A DNA stretch of 64,000 nt from Lytechinus pictus (lineage: Eukaryota), in contig NW_026974148.1 in NCBI RefSeq assembly GCF_037042905.1, positions 62,001 to 126,000 of the forward strand, written 5' to 3'. Position 1 is the stretch's first letter. Each line of letters opens with the position of its first letter. Below, piece after piece: positions 62,851 through 64,000 of the stretch. Under the pieces are notes generated by a model. The model saw only the letters and a list, made by a program, of their open reading frames with translations. It was not told where the DNA came from and did not search any database. Made by a program: the position numbers and the translations under genes.

Positions 62851-63689
62851 TCAATTATTTTCTTGTATCGTTAGAAAGAGATGGATGAAGTAGAAGAATA
62901 CGTTCATCGCAACCAATTAAGCTCTAAGGGTGTTAGGTTTGTCCTGCATATTTTAACACGTACCCTTTTACATGTAGTCACTTTTTTTTTCTTATCCTGT
63001 TTTTATGAAAAATAAGTGGCGAACAAACAAAACAAATGATAATTGAAATTTAAAAGAGCGCATGAAAGAGAAATAAACCTGCCCATTTGGGGGTCAATAA
63101 TTTTTCGTATTTTTCAGTTCGCGCTTTGCTCCTAGTTTTGATCTAGTACGTATAGTACCCTTTCTCGTAGAAATAGAAGCTATCAAACTTAAAACCTCTG
63201 AGTCTCAGTAGGCATAACCACCCCCCTCGCTGATATAGACCTACACAATGGGACTTAGCGTTGGGGGCCACGGACCCCCAAAAAAGTCTCACAACAAAGA
63301 AAGGAGAAAATAGAGAAAAGGAAAAAAACGAGGTTAAATATAACTTTCAAATAGGGCCTATGTCAAAATCTAGCTATCACAAAATTAAATTTTCATTAAA
63401 GATTGTACTTTTTAAAATGAATGGTGCCCTTTTAAGCCATATGGTCTCCTAAAAATATAAGACTCAATACGCTACTGACCTCTCCCAAAACTGAAGAAAA
63501 AAGGTAAATCCCTCACATGAAATAACACTTTTTTTAGTATGTGGTACAAACAGGGCTTCCGTGCAAGTACTGAAGGAAACTACATTTTTCATGTACCACA
63601 GAAAATACACCATAACGTCTGTGATACAGTTTCAGTCATATTTCTGGGGTGGCTGCATGAGAAGTACCGTAGGAAATTTTGAAAGTACA

Positions 63690-64000
63690 GCACTGGGGTT
63701 GCCATAGAATTTTAGAAGTGCCTATAATGAGTCATGCAGGAAATTTCTAAATGTTCATGTACCACAGAAGTATCACAGGGTTTCCATAGAAGTGCCTTTA
63801 TTAGGATCGAGTACTGCAGGAAATTTCCAAATATTCATGTACCACAGAAGTATCACAGGGTTTCCATAGAAGTGCCTTTAATAGGAGTACTGCAGGAAAT
63901 AAAAAAAAATATCATATACCACAGAAGTATCGCAGGGTTGCAATAAAAGTACTGCAGGATATTTTAGAATTTTCATGTACAACAGAAGTACGACATAACT
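63690..64000. repeat. Degenerate ~80-bp tandem repeat running off the window
   Basis: CATGTACCACAGAAGTATCACAGGGTTTCCATAGAAGTGCCTTTA repeated. Confidence 0.8.

Overview
AT-rich, intron-containing animal genomic DNA. The repeat types suggest a sea urchin or other echinoderm, which is an inference. No confident host gene was found; almost the whole window is transposable elements. (1) 9560-16750: an ISL2EU-type (PIF/Harbinger group) DNA transposon with 21-bp terminal inverted repeats (TIRs) and two convergent genes, a SAP-SWIM-YqaJ nuclease and a THAP-DDE transposase, each with one nonsense codon. (2) ~18200-37528: a decaying Kolobok element with a KolX/P2X7-ballast-like gene on + and a many-exon DDE transposase on -, including a triplicated 54-nt exon. 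(3) 38467-62570: a second, apparently intact Kolobok element (15-bp TIRs, TTAA target-site duplication (TSD), 10-exon 876-aa THAP-DDE transposase, 3-exon 257-aa KolX), inserted into a TTAA-type MITE. (4) 40444-48110, nested in intron 1 of that transposase: a young LTR element (near-identical LTRs, GGTA TSD, PBS, PPT) with no recognisable gag or pol. It encodes one 673-aa Arg/Ser-rich repetitive protein with a coiled coil, whose 3' end has a canonical -1 ribosomal frameshift signal (G_GGA_AAC, 9-bp stem, possible pseudoknot) opening a 111-codon alternative tail. This LTR element is the best candidate for an undescribed system. SINEs, MITEs, a Helentron-like element and minisatellites fill the rest.
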